From Octopus sinensis (lineage: Eukaryota), in assembly GCF_006345805.1 (NCBI RefSeq), contig NC_043000.1, forward strand, positions 13,082,001 through 13,146,000: DNA of 64,000 bases. Direction: 5' to 3'. How positions within the stretch are numbered: the stretch's first letter is position 1; every line of letters begins with the position of its first letter. This document shows positions 49,627 to 61,800 of the stretch, in pieces. Position numbers and translations under genes: made by a program. Under the pieces are notes generated by a model. The model was given only the letters and a program-made list of their open reading frames with translations. It was not told the origin of the DNA and did no database searches.

Positions 49627-50179
49627 GTGCATATATGTGTGTGTGTGTGTGTATACATGTGTGTGCACGTATAGTAAAAATTTACTGTGAGCTGAAGCTT
49701 CACAAAGTGAAACTTATAATATCACGTCTTATCTATTGTCAGGCACGGGACAATGATTCAAACATTTCATGCATGTTTACAAAGAGAAAAAAGACCGAGA
49801 CCTAAGCAAAAAATAAAAAAAATAAAAATGAAATTATAAAATTAATAAAAATTGCAGAATATATTCATTGACAATAGAAAACCATACCACAGTCGGATGT
49901 TAACCCACCAGACGTTTTGACATAGTTCAAAAGAAAATTGCAGACTTCTTTTTAACGAAATACTTTCTGTAATAAAACATGTCTGCTTATTATAAGACAG
50001 TTCGAAGTTTTAAAAGTATATTTCAAATATTTTGATTTACGTTAGTTCTGAATGGTTGTTTTTAATACAAAAGTTTTATAGAACAAAATATTCCTCTTTT
50101 CCGTATGACAAAGATCACAGCTATCGTTACCCGGTTTACAAGCTTTCTCCAGTAACTTCCAAAAAATGTTGTAGCCTCT

Positions 50180-50218
<39 letters not shown>

Positions 50219-50274
50219 TAATAATAATAATAATAATGATGATGTTGATAATAATAATAATAATAATAATAATG

Positions 50275-50317
<43 letters not shown>

Positions 50318-50339
50318 AATAATAATAATAATAATAATA

Positions 50340-50790
50340 ATAAAGGACTGGGGAGAAAATACTTGTAGACTAATAGATGTAAGTGTTCCCATTAGTAAAA
50401 ATATATCTGTCGAGGAATTTGACAAGCTAGGCAAATATAAGGACCTGCAAATTGAAATACAAAAGATGTGGCATCTTAAAACGAGAACTGTTCTTGTTAT
50501 TGTAGGTGCCCTAGGTATGATAAAAACCGTGATGTCACAAACATCTAGATAAGATCCCAGGAGAACAATGTCTCAGAGAAATCCAAAAGATTGTGCTGAC
50601 AAGTACCACCCATATTCTTAGAAAAAAAACCTATCCATTTAAATGACTGTGTTGTATTACATGAGGATATTTCGCTACTTCATTTCCCCACGCTTCCAGT
50701 CATATTGTAACATCTCTTATCCTTCACTCGCCCCAGGACGCTGGGTGTGTCACGGCAAGTGACTGAAACAAAGATGCAGATTAAAAGTAA
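50340..50790 (+). pseudogene. R4/Dong-clade LINE 3' end (restriction-like endonuclease) embedded in (TAA)n
   Basis: CRLIDVSVP...EEFDKLGKYKDLQIEIQKMW...VIVGALG is the REL-endonuclease signature; flanked by TAA repeats on both sides. Confidence 0.8.
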
Positions 50791-50837
50791 TAATAATAAT
50801 AAAAATAGTAGTAGTAATAGTAATAGTAGTAGTAGTA

Positions 50838-50896
<59 letters not shown>

Positions 50897-50959
50897 CCTT
50901 TCGGCTTTATTGTAAATGGCTAGTTGAAACTTTATTGTAAATGGCTAGTTGATCACTAG

Positions 50960-51330
50960 TGCTCAACAGGTACGTATTTCATCGACTCCGAAAGGATGAA
51001 AAGCAAAGCTAACCTCAGTGAAATTTGAACTCAGAACTTAAGGGCGGACGAAATGCTGCGAAGTGTTTCGTCGGGTGTGTTAACGATTCTGTCAGCTCGC
51101 CGCCTTGTAATAATAATTCTTTCTATTAAAGGTACAAGGTCTGAAATTTTAGGGGCGGTGGTAATCGATTACATCGACTCCCAGTTCTCAGCTGGTACTT
51201 ATTTCATCGACCCCGAAAGGATAAAAGGCAGAGCCGACCTCAGCGGAATTTGAACTCAGAACATAAAGCCAGGAGAAATGTCGGGAAGCATTTAGTCCGG
51301 CGTGCTAGCAACGATTCCTCCAGCTGACCA
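50960..51330 (-). mobile_element. Two adjacent SINE family A copies within a (TAA)n tract
   Basis: Copies at about 50960-51108 and 51118-51330. Confidence 0.8.
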
Positions 51331-51331
51331 C

Positions 51332-51371
<40 letters not shown>

Positions 51372-51412
51372 CAACAACAACAACAACAACAGCAACAACA
51401 ATAATAATGATG

Positions 51413-51452
<40 letters not shown>

Positions 51453-51472
51453 TAATAATAATAATAATAATG

Positions 51473-51518
<46 letters not shown>

Positions 51519-51520
51519 TA

Positions 51521-51568
<48 letters not shown>

Positions 51569-51719
51569 TAATAATAATATAATAATAAATAATAATAATA
51601 AATAATAATAATAATAAGTATTAGATAATAATAATAAAAGCGTTAGAAGCTGTGCAAAGACAATAAATAATAATGATAATAATTCTTTATTACAAGTTCC
51701 GCACAAAAAACAAAAATGC

Positions 51720-52150
51720 CGATACAAAATAAAGGACAATGCGGCTTTATATAAAAACCCTTGTAAGCAATAAAACAATAACAATTAACAATAAAATATC
51801 AAACAATGAAAAGTTCCCCAAAAGTGGGGACACCACTCAGGGGCACAAGGAACTTTACACGTCTTGGACATCTCGATAGCTAAGAGCATCCCAGGCAGAG
51901 CCCCTTCTCCTCTTCATACCCGCCGATCTACAGGCGCATACTTAGAGTAGGCCCATTCACACAGGTCAGCCTTGTTACATTTACCTACCTTTCAACAAAA
52001 ATACGAAGTGGCGGGGACAGCCACTCCATCAACAATTTCCTCTCCGGATAGAATTTGAAAAAGCCAATGAAGGAAAGTTATCCGGTCTCCAGCTCTTTCT
52101 GTCTCGTCCGCTACACTATCTCTTTCACCATAGGATGAAAGCGTTAACAC
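51720..52150 (-). pseudogene. Probable Tx1/L1-like LINE 3' fragment
   Basis: Decayed frame VKEIV*RTRQK...GFFKF..ERK...ER*VNV, followed by a T-rich 3' UTR and tail. Confidence 0.45.
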
Positions 52151-52311
52151 GTACGATTTTTGTCTTGATGTAAAAGACAGGCTACAGCAAATACTCTGCT
52201 CAATACCACAGGTTTGCTTGTCAGTTGTTTGACCTTAACCAGTTCAGCATGTTCCTGTCCGTTAGTGACTGATGGTATGTGCATCTCTGATCGCAGCAGG
52301 AGTAGTTGAGG

Positions 52312-53207
52312 CAGCGCTGGATTAACCATTAAGCAAAATAAGCACGTGCTTAGGGCATCAAGGGAAATAGGGGACACTACAAAAAAAGTTAAATGGTTTA
52401 AAAAATGTTAAATGGTTTAACATTATGTTAAACAGAAATGTTAAATGGTTTAAGGCGGCGAGCTGGCAGAAACGGTAGCACCTCCGGGCGAAATGCTTAG
52501 CGGTATTTCGTCTGCTGTTACGTTCTGAGTTCAAATTCCGCCGAGGTGTCTTTGCATTTCATCCTTTCGGGGTCGATAAATTAAGTACCAGTTACGCACT
52601 GGGGTCGATGTAATCGACTTAATTCTTTTGTCTGTCCTTGTTTGTCCTCTCTGTGTTTAGCCCCTTGTGGATAGTAAAGAAATAGGTATTTCGTCTGCCG
52701 TTATGTTCTGAGTTCAATTTCCGCCGAGGTCGACTTTGCCTTTCATCCTTTCGGAGTCGATAAATTAAGTACCAGTTATGCATTAGGGTCGATGTAATCG
52801 ACTTAATTCCTTTATCTGTCCTTGTTTGCCCTCTCTATGTTTAGCCCCTTGCGGGCAATAAAGAAATAAGAAATGTTAAATGGTTTACGGCACAAAAGAA
52901 ATCACTTTAAACTTTCTGAAATAATATTTGGGATGCCTTTATCTCTACTAAGTACAGATGCAGATGTGTTACCTAAGATTAATTTTGAGAATCTGATCAA
53001 AGACTTTGCAATTCAAAAAAGCAAGATGAAATAAAGTGGAAGTATACAAAATAAACATTATTTTCCATCTTAATGTTTTGTTTCGTCTTGAAAATAAAAA
53101 TTTATTTTATGGTTTGTTGTTGTTTATATTTTGAATAATTCTTTTATGGGTGCACCAAAATCTTTTAATTGCTTTTAAGGGCCTCGATGGGTCTTAATCC
53201 GGCCCTG
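52312..53207 (+). mobile_element. Non-autonomous hAT element carrying a transposase C-terminal remnant, inserted into another SINE (working family F, 52150-52311 and 53208-53290)
   Basis: TIRs CAGCGCTGGATTAA and TTAATCCGGCCCTG; 8-bp TSD AGTTGAGG/AGTTGGGG. Confidence 0.85.
52452..52870 (+). mobile_element. SINE family A with an internal tandem duplication, nested in a hAT-derived element
   Basis: The body is repeated twice and the element is flanked by an AAATGTTAAATGGTTTA duplication. Confidence 0.85.
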
Positions 53208-53289
53208 AGTTGGGGAATATTATAGCCATGTGTTGAGAGGAATTCTTTGGGTTTGAATAATTCACCCCTGGAAGCATGGAAAAACTACC

Positions 53290-54362
53290 TGCATCTTTGT
53301 CTTAGGTCCTCCTGCACCGTGTGGCGCATTGGGCAGCAAGGCTTTTCCAGTGTAGTCGGTCGGCCGCGGCGATCACAGCTTCATCCCTTGAAATGTCAAT
53401 GGCTTTGAGGTCATCGATGAAGGTGCGGCGCCAAGTCGCTTTTGGTCGCCCTTGTTTTCTCTTGCCATGCGGTGGCTTCCACAGAATGGCAGTCTTCACA
53501 TGCTGCGACGATGATAATTGGAGGACATAGCCTGCGAATCGCAAGTGGCACTCAGTGACAACGTCATGGAGTGGACGGGTATCACTTCGGCGATGTATCT
53601 CATCGTTAGAGATGTGGTCCTGGTATGATATTCGCAGTATCCGCCGGAAGCATTGTAGCTGAAATACATTGAGCCTTCGCGCGACCTTTGCCAACGTCTT
53701 CCACGTTTCCGCCACGTATATTGTCGATGGCATGACGATGCTGTTGAAGAGGCGCACTTTGGTCTTGGTGGAGACGCCCCTGCCTGCCCAGATGTTTTTG
53801 AGTCACTGAAAGACACACCTAAGGCCTTGCCAATCTGGCAGGCAATGTCGCGTTCGGTGTCTCCGTCGTTCGCTACGACGCTTCCCAAATAGGTGAACTC
53901 ATCAACTTCCTCGACTTGGTGTTGCCCAATCAAGGGGACGCCATTGTTGTTCCCATCGGCATATCCAATCCTCACGATCTTCGTCTTGTTTGCACTTGTG
54001 CGGAGTCCGACTTTGGCCGCCATCAGTTCCAATCTCTCTGTCATAGTACGAACGACATTCTTCGTCGCTCCGAGGAGCGCGATGTCGTCGGCGAAGTCGA
54101 GGCGCCCCGACTCACATCATGGAATCCCAAATCTGCGTTGGAGCATCGGCCCACGCATAAAGAAGTCGATCGCCATAAGAAATAGGAGAGAGGGTAGAAT
54201 GCACCCTTGCCGTACACCGGTTTCAGTTGCAAAGAAGTCGGTGTAGCCCGTCTCCGTTCAAACACAGCACCTAGACTGGCGATAAAGGCACCGTAAGGCG
54301 TCGACGAAACGCTCGGGAATGCCGAAGTCACAAGCGATGCACCACAACGAACTCCGGCTGGG
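53290..54362 (-). pseudogene. RTE-clade LINE, 5'-truncated reverse transcriptase, GC-rich
   Basis: TGVRQGCIL, LDFADDIALL, NKTK, FTYLGS, KVRLF.S.V.....Y.AETW, GRPKATWRRT, DR.HWK motifs; a few frameshifts. Confidence 0.92.
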
Positions 54363-54364
54363 TC

Positions 54365-56796
54365 TTCTATGGTAAGTAAAAAAATCAATCGTTGCAGTGG
54401 CAAGAAATGGATTTCTGATCCAGTCGTAGTTTTAGATTTCAATACAAGGAAAATAAACAAGTTTTTCTCTAAGTAATATTAAATGGTCAATAATTTACGA
54501 TCACAAGTTTTGCAATCACAAGTTTTGGAAAACATTTCGAAATGTCCTTCTTTTACAGTTATCTTGTCTCTCATAGCACAAATTTTATCAGCCGATGTTA
54601 AGATATTTTCTGCTTTTCCCTGCATACCAGTGTTAATTTTATTAAAATGTCCAAATGTGTCCGAAAGATATGCCAATTTGGTGCACCAAGGTTCATCTTG
54701 AATCAGTGGAATTCTTTCTCTTGATTTTCTTCAAAAAGTTTAAGCAAAATTTTTCTCAATTCGTATACACGACAAAGTACACGACCTTTTGAAGGCCAAC
54801 GGACCTCTGTGTGTAGTAGAAGTTTCTTGAAATTTGCTCCCATTTTTTCACAAATATGAGCAAATAATCTTGATTTAAGAGATCTATTTTTGATTTAACT
54901 GACCATTTGAACCACTTCACTTATAAGTGTTCGCAAATCATCCCCTACACTGCGCAATTAGTGCTTCGCGATGCAAAGAAAGAATGAATAATTATAATAT
55001 TCGTAATCTCTTTCTTAGCTAAAGTTATAAATCCTTTTACTGAACCTACCATTGAAGGCGCGCTATCTGTGTATATTCCTACGCAGTTTAACCGTAAGAA
55101 ATTATTTTCCCTCATGAAGGAATTTGTTGTTGTTGTTTGTTCCTTCTTGAGCCATGTCTGACTCACAAGGGCCGGTTTCTCGGTTTCTTTGGCGTATCGG
55201 TTCCCCACCTGGACGGGACGCCGGTCCGTCGCAGGTGAGCTACAAGATGCAGGAGGAAAGAGTGAGAGAAAGTTGTGGCGAAAGAGTCAGCAGAAGTTCG
55301 CCATTACCTTCTGCCGGAGCCGCGTGGAGCTTAGGTGTTTCACTCATAAACACACACATCGCCCGTTCTGAGATTCGAACCCGCGATCCCTCGACCGCGC
55401 ATCCACTGCTCTAACCACTAGGCCATGTGCCTCCACATGAAGGATTTTAAAGCTTGAAAATTGTCTTCAATTCTAGTTCTCAATGGAAGTTCTAGATAAC
55501 AAGAATTGCTAAATAATTCTGTCATTATATATGAAACGTATAAAAACCATCAATTGTGCTAATCCGCTGCAATCATCATGTTACTATCTTGAAAAATATT
55601 CTTCATTTGCGGCTTAATGTCATCAGACATATCTTGAATTCGTCTTCTCATTGTATTATCTGCCAGAGGAATTTTATTAACTTCTGTCTCAAATTCGGGT
55701 CCAAACATTGATCGAACAATAGCACAGCAAGATTCTTTATAGTACTTTCAGCAGTACTATGTCGTTCCTTGTTTTTGGCAATTATTTGAGCAACCAAGTA
55801 ACTTGCATTTTGAGCTTTGTGTTATGTCTTCATTCCCTTTGTGAAAGTTGAAGCCTGCTATATTTCTTAGAGATTTTGAAAATTTAATGAAGTATTCGAC
55901 TGGTTTTGTTGACAGATTTCCTTACCTGGTGCTGAAATGACACTTTAATTTGTTTGGTACCATACTTTCGTTTGCAAGTATATCCCCACAAACTAAACAC
56001 AGGGAGCTAGAATTGTTTTCATTTCCAGAAAATGTGAAACCCAGTTTTATATACTCTTTGTTGTGTAAAAGAGGCTTAAAAAATTTTCCTGTGCCCTTCA
56101 CACTCTGTGATGCAGTTCGTTCAACAGTTGTTTGAGTGCTTTCTTTCGTAGCTGTTAAATTTTGTTCACTGGAAATGTCATCTTCCGCAACTTTACTTTT
56201 CTTAATTAAAAAATTATCCATTTTATGGGTAATCTAATTGCAATTTATGAATAATGATTTATCATAAAGTTATGATAACTAAACATGTAATTAATATCAC
56301 CATTACTAAGCACGATAAAGTTAGAAATGGCACGTTGCACTTAATTAGAACAGCCGGTTCCTAAGGCTAAGCCTGCGAGACCGACGAACAAGGGGCAAGT
56401 GTGGCATGAGTTTAATGTGATTTCATAATTATTAGTTCACCCTCAGTACTGTGTAATACCAGTATAGGTGAACAATAACTTTTGGCAATTTGAAAGCAGT
56501 CCCAGTGTGTTTTGCTCACTAAAATAGGTGCGGATTTGAAAATTATTAATCGATTTTCAATTTACTCGCAATATGTTCATTCTTTTACACTGAATAAAAT
56601 ATAATGAAAAATCTCGTCTCCGAACATTAAGTGGGAAACGATAGCCGGTAGGTACAAGTATTTGTATGTTCGCTATGCTAACAAACAGATCCTGAAAAGC
56701 TGAAGCAAATTGGTATTGGATATTTTATATATTGGTTTCTCATTCGTTTGTGACACACCTACGCCCTGCTGGCGACGCACAGTTTGGAAAACACTG
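54365..56796 (-). mobile_element. Decayed hAT (Buster/Charlie-type) DNA transposon; 5' TIR present, 3' end lost
   Basis: TIR CAGTGTTTTCCAAAC at 56796; BED-like YIKLGF..CLVC..LANESMVPNKLKCH; TDSAPSM; [11 protein letters not shown]; LAYLSD.F; DWIRNPF. Confidence 0.9.
55132..55437 (-). mobile_element. SINE family C (head C1, distinct tail T2 ending in (AAC)n), nested in a hAT transposase
   Basis: Flanked by a CATGAAGGA duplication. Confidence 0.82.
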
Positions 56797-56797
56797 C

Positions 56798-57090
56798 GAT
56801 TGAGAGTTTGAAAGTTCTACTCGCAGGAGAGAAACAGTCAACAAGCCCTTGTGCTTTGACAGATGTTGCAACAGGTGCAGCAGTATCAGCGGCCGTTCAA
56901 GAATTTGGACTTGGAGATCTCCATTTCCAGCGACTTCGAGGGCAACCTCTCAGTGGTGTCGGGCGTCAACGAAGAGCCCTCGACTACAACAAGACGACCA
57001 AAGGTTTTTTTTTCTTTTTTCCAAGGTCTGGGGTCTGCCGCCCCAAAGCCCTAGACCATCACCTAATCACCCTTACCCGTTTTGTTGCTT

Positions 57091-57166
<76 letters not shown>

Positions 57167-58870
57167 GCAGCAGCAGCAGCAGCAGCAGCAAATAAGAAGT
57201 CACGTATTATTGCCATTCGGATATGTGTTTTGGCTTGAAAGCGTTGATGATTGAAGAGGCCGCCACTGGTACAGAATTGAAATTGTACACCTGAATCGAG
57301 ATTGCTATAAGCAGGGTGCAGCATGAATGGAAAGAACTGGGGTCATGACACACCGCTGTTTTGTGTTGTTCTGAAAGTCAAGAGTCTGAAAGTTGGCCGT
57401 TTGATAAAGCAAATGCTTTCGCGCCTGTATGAAAAGAAATGGCGGCATTTAACATTTTATCATGTATGCCATTTTATTTATTTTTATTTAACTCTCCAGA
57501 AAGGGTTTCTGTTGTCAGCGTCGAATGCTTTTGTGAGCTGTATTAAAAAAAAGCATTCAAATTTAACGAAATGATCATGTCAATGTAACCCGACCTGATT
57601 TGAACCCACATTATGAATCAGGAAAGATGTTATTGATAACATGCTTGATAACCTGTTAAGAATTTCTCTCGCCAGGATTTTATCTGCAATACACAGGGGA
57701 GAGATGCCACGTGAGTTACCGCAGACAACTGTTTACCTCTTGCTTTTGAAGAGATGCTTCATGGATTCACCCTGGCAGCCTTGTGTTACATATCCAAATC
57801 TTCTGATGACTTCAAAGAACTGAAAAAAGCTTTTGAATCTACTTGAAGATATCGAATGGTATATCATCCTTGCCAGGGGCTCAGTTGATGACATTTGCGT
57901 TATGTTATCTTCAACTTTCTTTAAACATGATTTAAGCGACAACTCCAAGATTTTTAGCTTTTAAGGAATGAAATCAGTTGCATTATCATTGATGACAAAG
58001 TTGGAATTAAGAATTACTTCAAAATGCTCCTTCCATCGGCATAGAGTAAGATTCTTTGAGTCAGAAGAGTGTGATCACCAGAAGACAAAACAAGAGATGA
58101 ACCATTTTCCAGGGTTCCAAATACTTTTCTGAGATCGTCGAAAGCTTTTGTGTATTTCTTGTTCGCTCCCTCCAGGAGTTCGCAGCCTCAGAGTTAAGTT
58201 TGCACCTGTAGCTTGCGTTTTTTTATGCACGTTATTTTTGATATTAAAGTGTTTATCATAGATCCAGGCTCTATGCGAGTCATGCATCTTTTCGATAAGG
58301 TGCTGAACAGCTGTTTTGCTGTCATCAAACCAACCTTGATGCTTCCACAAAGAGAGGTCCAATACCTCTGAGGAAGTGTTATAGATGATGTTTCTGAGGG
58401 AATTCTATGATGATTCGATACCATCAGTTATTTACATTCAATCAGGAAAGATTTCAAGTCGATCAGATAACTCTTTCTTAATGTGGGTGGATTTCAATGT
58501 CAAAACATTGATGCGCTTCGGGATTGACGAAATGTTTATACACCTCTTTCGAGTAATGCAGAAAGATTTGAGAGATAACAACTGGTGTGAAAGGAACCAA
58601 AAGACATTCACGCCATGTTGCCTCGTGATTATGTATTCGATCATATACTGCTTAATCAATGATATAATACTTTCTTTGGTTCTTCGTTGGCTGGTAGAAA
58701 GAGTTGAGGAATTCAAGGTCAAATTCTTAGCAAAATGAAAGAAGACGTAGGTCACCTGTGCTCAATCGCCCCACTTCATGCAAACCAAGAATATTAGGCC
58801 ATATTTGATAGTTAGCACCCACTCGAGCATTGGAATCTCCCATCAAAGCAAGTTTGTTCCTATGCTGAAT
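56798..58870 (-). pseudogene. Old RTE (BovB-like) LINE fragment spanning the endonuclease linker and RT, interrupted by family E at 56892-57190
   Basis: CGNSRGIS..IADKILAR; KQ.CVM.PVL; SGVQFQFCTSGGLFNHQRFQAKT..IRDFLFA|..DTAAPVA...LVDCFS...F.LSI. Confidence 0.85.
56892..57190 (+). mobile_element. Retroposon family E, copy 3, with a long (AAC)n(CAG)n tail
   Basis: Same 5' start as copies 1 and 2; interrupts an RTE reverse transcriptase frame. Confidence 0.82.
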
Positions 58871-61800
58871 CTCTGTGTTTAGCCCCTTGTGGGTAGTAAA
58901 GAAATATGTATATCTAGTGTTTTGATTGTTTTCCTAGTCATCAAATGCTAATTATGTAAGGTTTATGGGATATACGTTTATTCTAATTGTTGTTGCTATT
59001 TAACCCCATATCATCCCTCTTAAAAGATGTTCCAGTCAGAACCATCACATTTTCTTTTATTCAGAAGTGTGTTGAATGTTTCCTTTTTAAAAATAGTTAA
59101 ATGTGATTTTGATTTGGCTGCTATCTCTAGTATCTAGAGTGATCGTGCATTCGGAGTTATAGAATATGCTGTAATAAAAAAAAAATGAATCAAAATTTTA
59201 AAATGTATTGTCTTTTCAAAATGCAACGGCGTTATATCAGAATTTGAAAAGTTAGTTGCTTCGGTTTCTTAGTAAGATCCGTGCTTGCAAATTTCTAACG
59301 TCTCTATCTCTTTAAGGTCATCAGTCGACTTCTCAGTGAATATTGCTGTCATCTTTGGGCTGGTCCCTCCTCTGATTCTCTTAAATTGCTCAATCGAGTT
59401 CAGAGACGAGGTTTTAATATGGTGAGTTCTCTTCTTTCGACTTTTTGTTTCATCGTCGAAATTAATCCGCGTTGTATATTTTTCTGTAAGTATTCCATGT
59501 TAATTGCTTTTATTGGTCTAATTCTTTGGCCTAGTACCCTCTGTCAAGATCTTTAAATGTGACATCAGTTCCCTTCTCGGGCGCATCATTCCTATGTTGA
59601 AGCTTCCTGTTCGTCTTAAGTCTTTTAATCTGGCAGCTTCTTCCCTCAAACTACAGCTCTCTGGAACTCATTAACATCGCCTTATTTTCCTCTGGTTTAT
59701 GATACTTAATCCGTTAAACTTCCACTTAATCGATATCTTTTGAATTTGTAGTTCTCTTTATTACCTTCTTTGTAGCCCCTTGCGCTACAGAGGCCTCACG
59801 CATTGTTGGGACAAAATGAGAAAAAAAAAAGAACAAGAATGGAAAAGAAAAAAGATCAATGAATTGTTTCTTAAGAAAGCCAACTTGGGAGGTAGTCACA
59901 ACTATTGAGTTCACCTCAAGGTGGTTGTTGTTAGCAAGAAAACGCAAATGGCGCCCTTCTGAAGTCCTTGTTAATTTAGTCCTTGCTGACTCAACGAAAC
60001 AAGGCGTGGAGCCCATAGACTCGGGAACTGGTGGTGCAAGACTTTTAACATCCACCTGAAAAACTGGATTTTGCAACCCTTAAACAAATTTCGTTCCCTC
60101 ACTTAATGTGTAGAAGTTAAGGCGCGAAAAAACTTGTGACTGAGTCGCCCGCTCAAGACGCAAAAAAGATTCTCGGCAATACGAATAAATAGTCTGTCTG
60201 GTCACCTTCAAGAAAAAAAAAAATAATAAAAAAGCGCGCAAACATTAAATAGTTCATACAGTTTTTGCTTGGTGTATATATTTCACCTATACATGTAACA
60301 TGTAGAGGGGGAGGTGCATAAAATTAGATACAGTAAGATTTGAGTATATTTTTCCAAATGCGTTTATTCTATTAAAAGAACTAATATAAATATATATATA
60401 TGCGTGTGTGTGTGTGTGTGTGTAGGAAATGGTAATGTTTCAGTGAATTTACAAATGTGTTTATTAGTTCTATTAAAAGAAACAACATAAATATGTGTGG
60501 ATGTGCGTGTGTGCGTGCGTGCGTGTGTGCACGCGTGCTGAGTGTATGTGCACTTAGCTACAACTGTGCGATTGTATGTGAGGTGGAGAGAGTGAGGGGG
60601 GGAGAGAAGAGAGAGAGAGAGAGAGAGGAAAGGAGGAGAAATATATATGGGGAGAGAAAGAAAGAGAGAGGAGAAGAAGAATGTAAAAAGAAATGAAAGA
60701 AATGTAGAAATGCCAGAGCGAGAGAGAGAGAGAGAGAGGAAAGGAAGGTGCAAAGGAAAGACAAGCGGAGTGAAGGACAAAGAGAGAAAAAGGATATAGA
60801 GTTGGAAAGAGAGAGGAAGCGAGAGAGAGAGAGAGAGAGAGAGCGTGTGTGGTGTGCGTGTGTGCGTGTATGTGTGTGCGTGTGTGCGTGCCTACGTGTC
60901 GCTGAAACAGTTGGACAGAGTTAGTTAAATAAACCAATGATAGGAATTTGAGGAACTGAGATAGAAAGATAGATAGATAGATAAAGCGAGCAAGTAATGC
61001 AAAGTGAGAGAGGGTTAAAGAAAAAGAGAGCAATGAAGAGTAAGAGGAAGAGAGGGAGAGAGAGAGAGAGTAAATGGGAGAAAGGTTGTGTGAGAAAGAG
61101 AAAAAGAGAGAGGAAGGGAGGGACAGAGTGAACAGAGTGAACAGGGAGGGAGAAAGAGAGAGAGAGATTTAGGTGAAGTGATGGTGTCAAGTTACTTGTA
61201 AATATATAACATGAGGGAAGCAACTGCACATTACTGGGTTTGCAGGCACTCGTTAACAGATGCTGCAGTTGCAGCCTCTGCAATTGCTGCAACCTCTGCA
61301 GCTGCTGCAGTTAATAGCTGCTGCATTTATTTGCTGCTTCACTGATGATGATGAGAGAGCCTTGGCCGCCGTCCCCATCGCTGCTTTTTCCATGCTTATT
61401 GCTTGCTATCGTTGTTGTTCTTGCAATGGCTGTTGTTTGCTATTTTGTTGTTAACGCTGTCGTCTGCGTCGCTTCGTCGTTCTCGCCACCTCCGTCGCCA
61501 TCAAAGTTCTCGTTACCGTCTCCGTCGCCATCAAAGTTGTGTCCCCCCTTCTCCGTCGCCATCAAAGTAAGTTGTCGTCATCGTGGTGGTGGTGGTGGTG
61601 GTGGTGATAACCGTCGTCGTCGTCGTCGTTGTCATTGTCGTTCTTGCAGTTGTTCTTGGCTGTTTGCACGCCTCCTGTTTGCTGCAACTGGCAACAACAG
61701 CAACGGTAACTGCATGATTAGAGCAGGGAGGGAAAGTGTGAGTAAGTGCAAGTGAACACGTGCTTTCCTGCTTTTTGTAGGTAAAGATGGTTAGATAGGG

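Larger units (their letters stand above)
50180..51640. repeat. (TAA)n/(TGA)n tracts hosting R4/Dong and SINE-A insertions
   Basis: Read directly. Confidence 0.9.
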
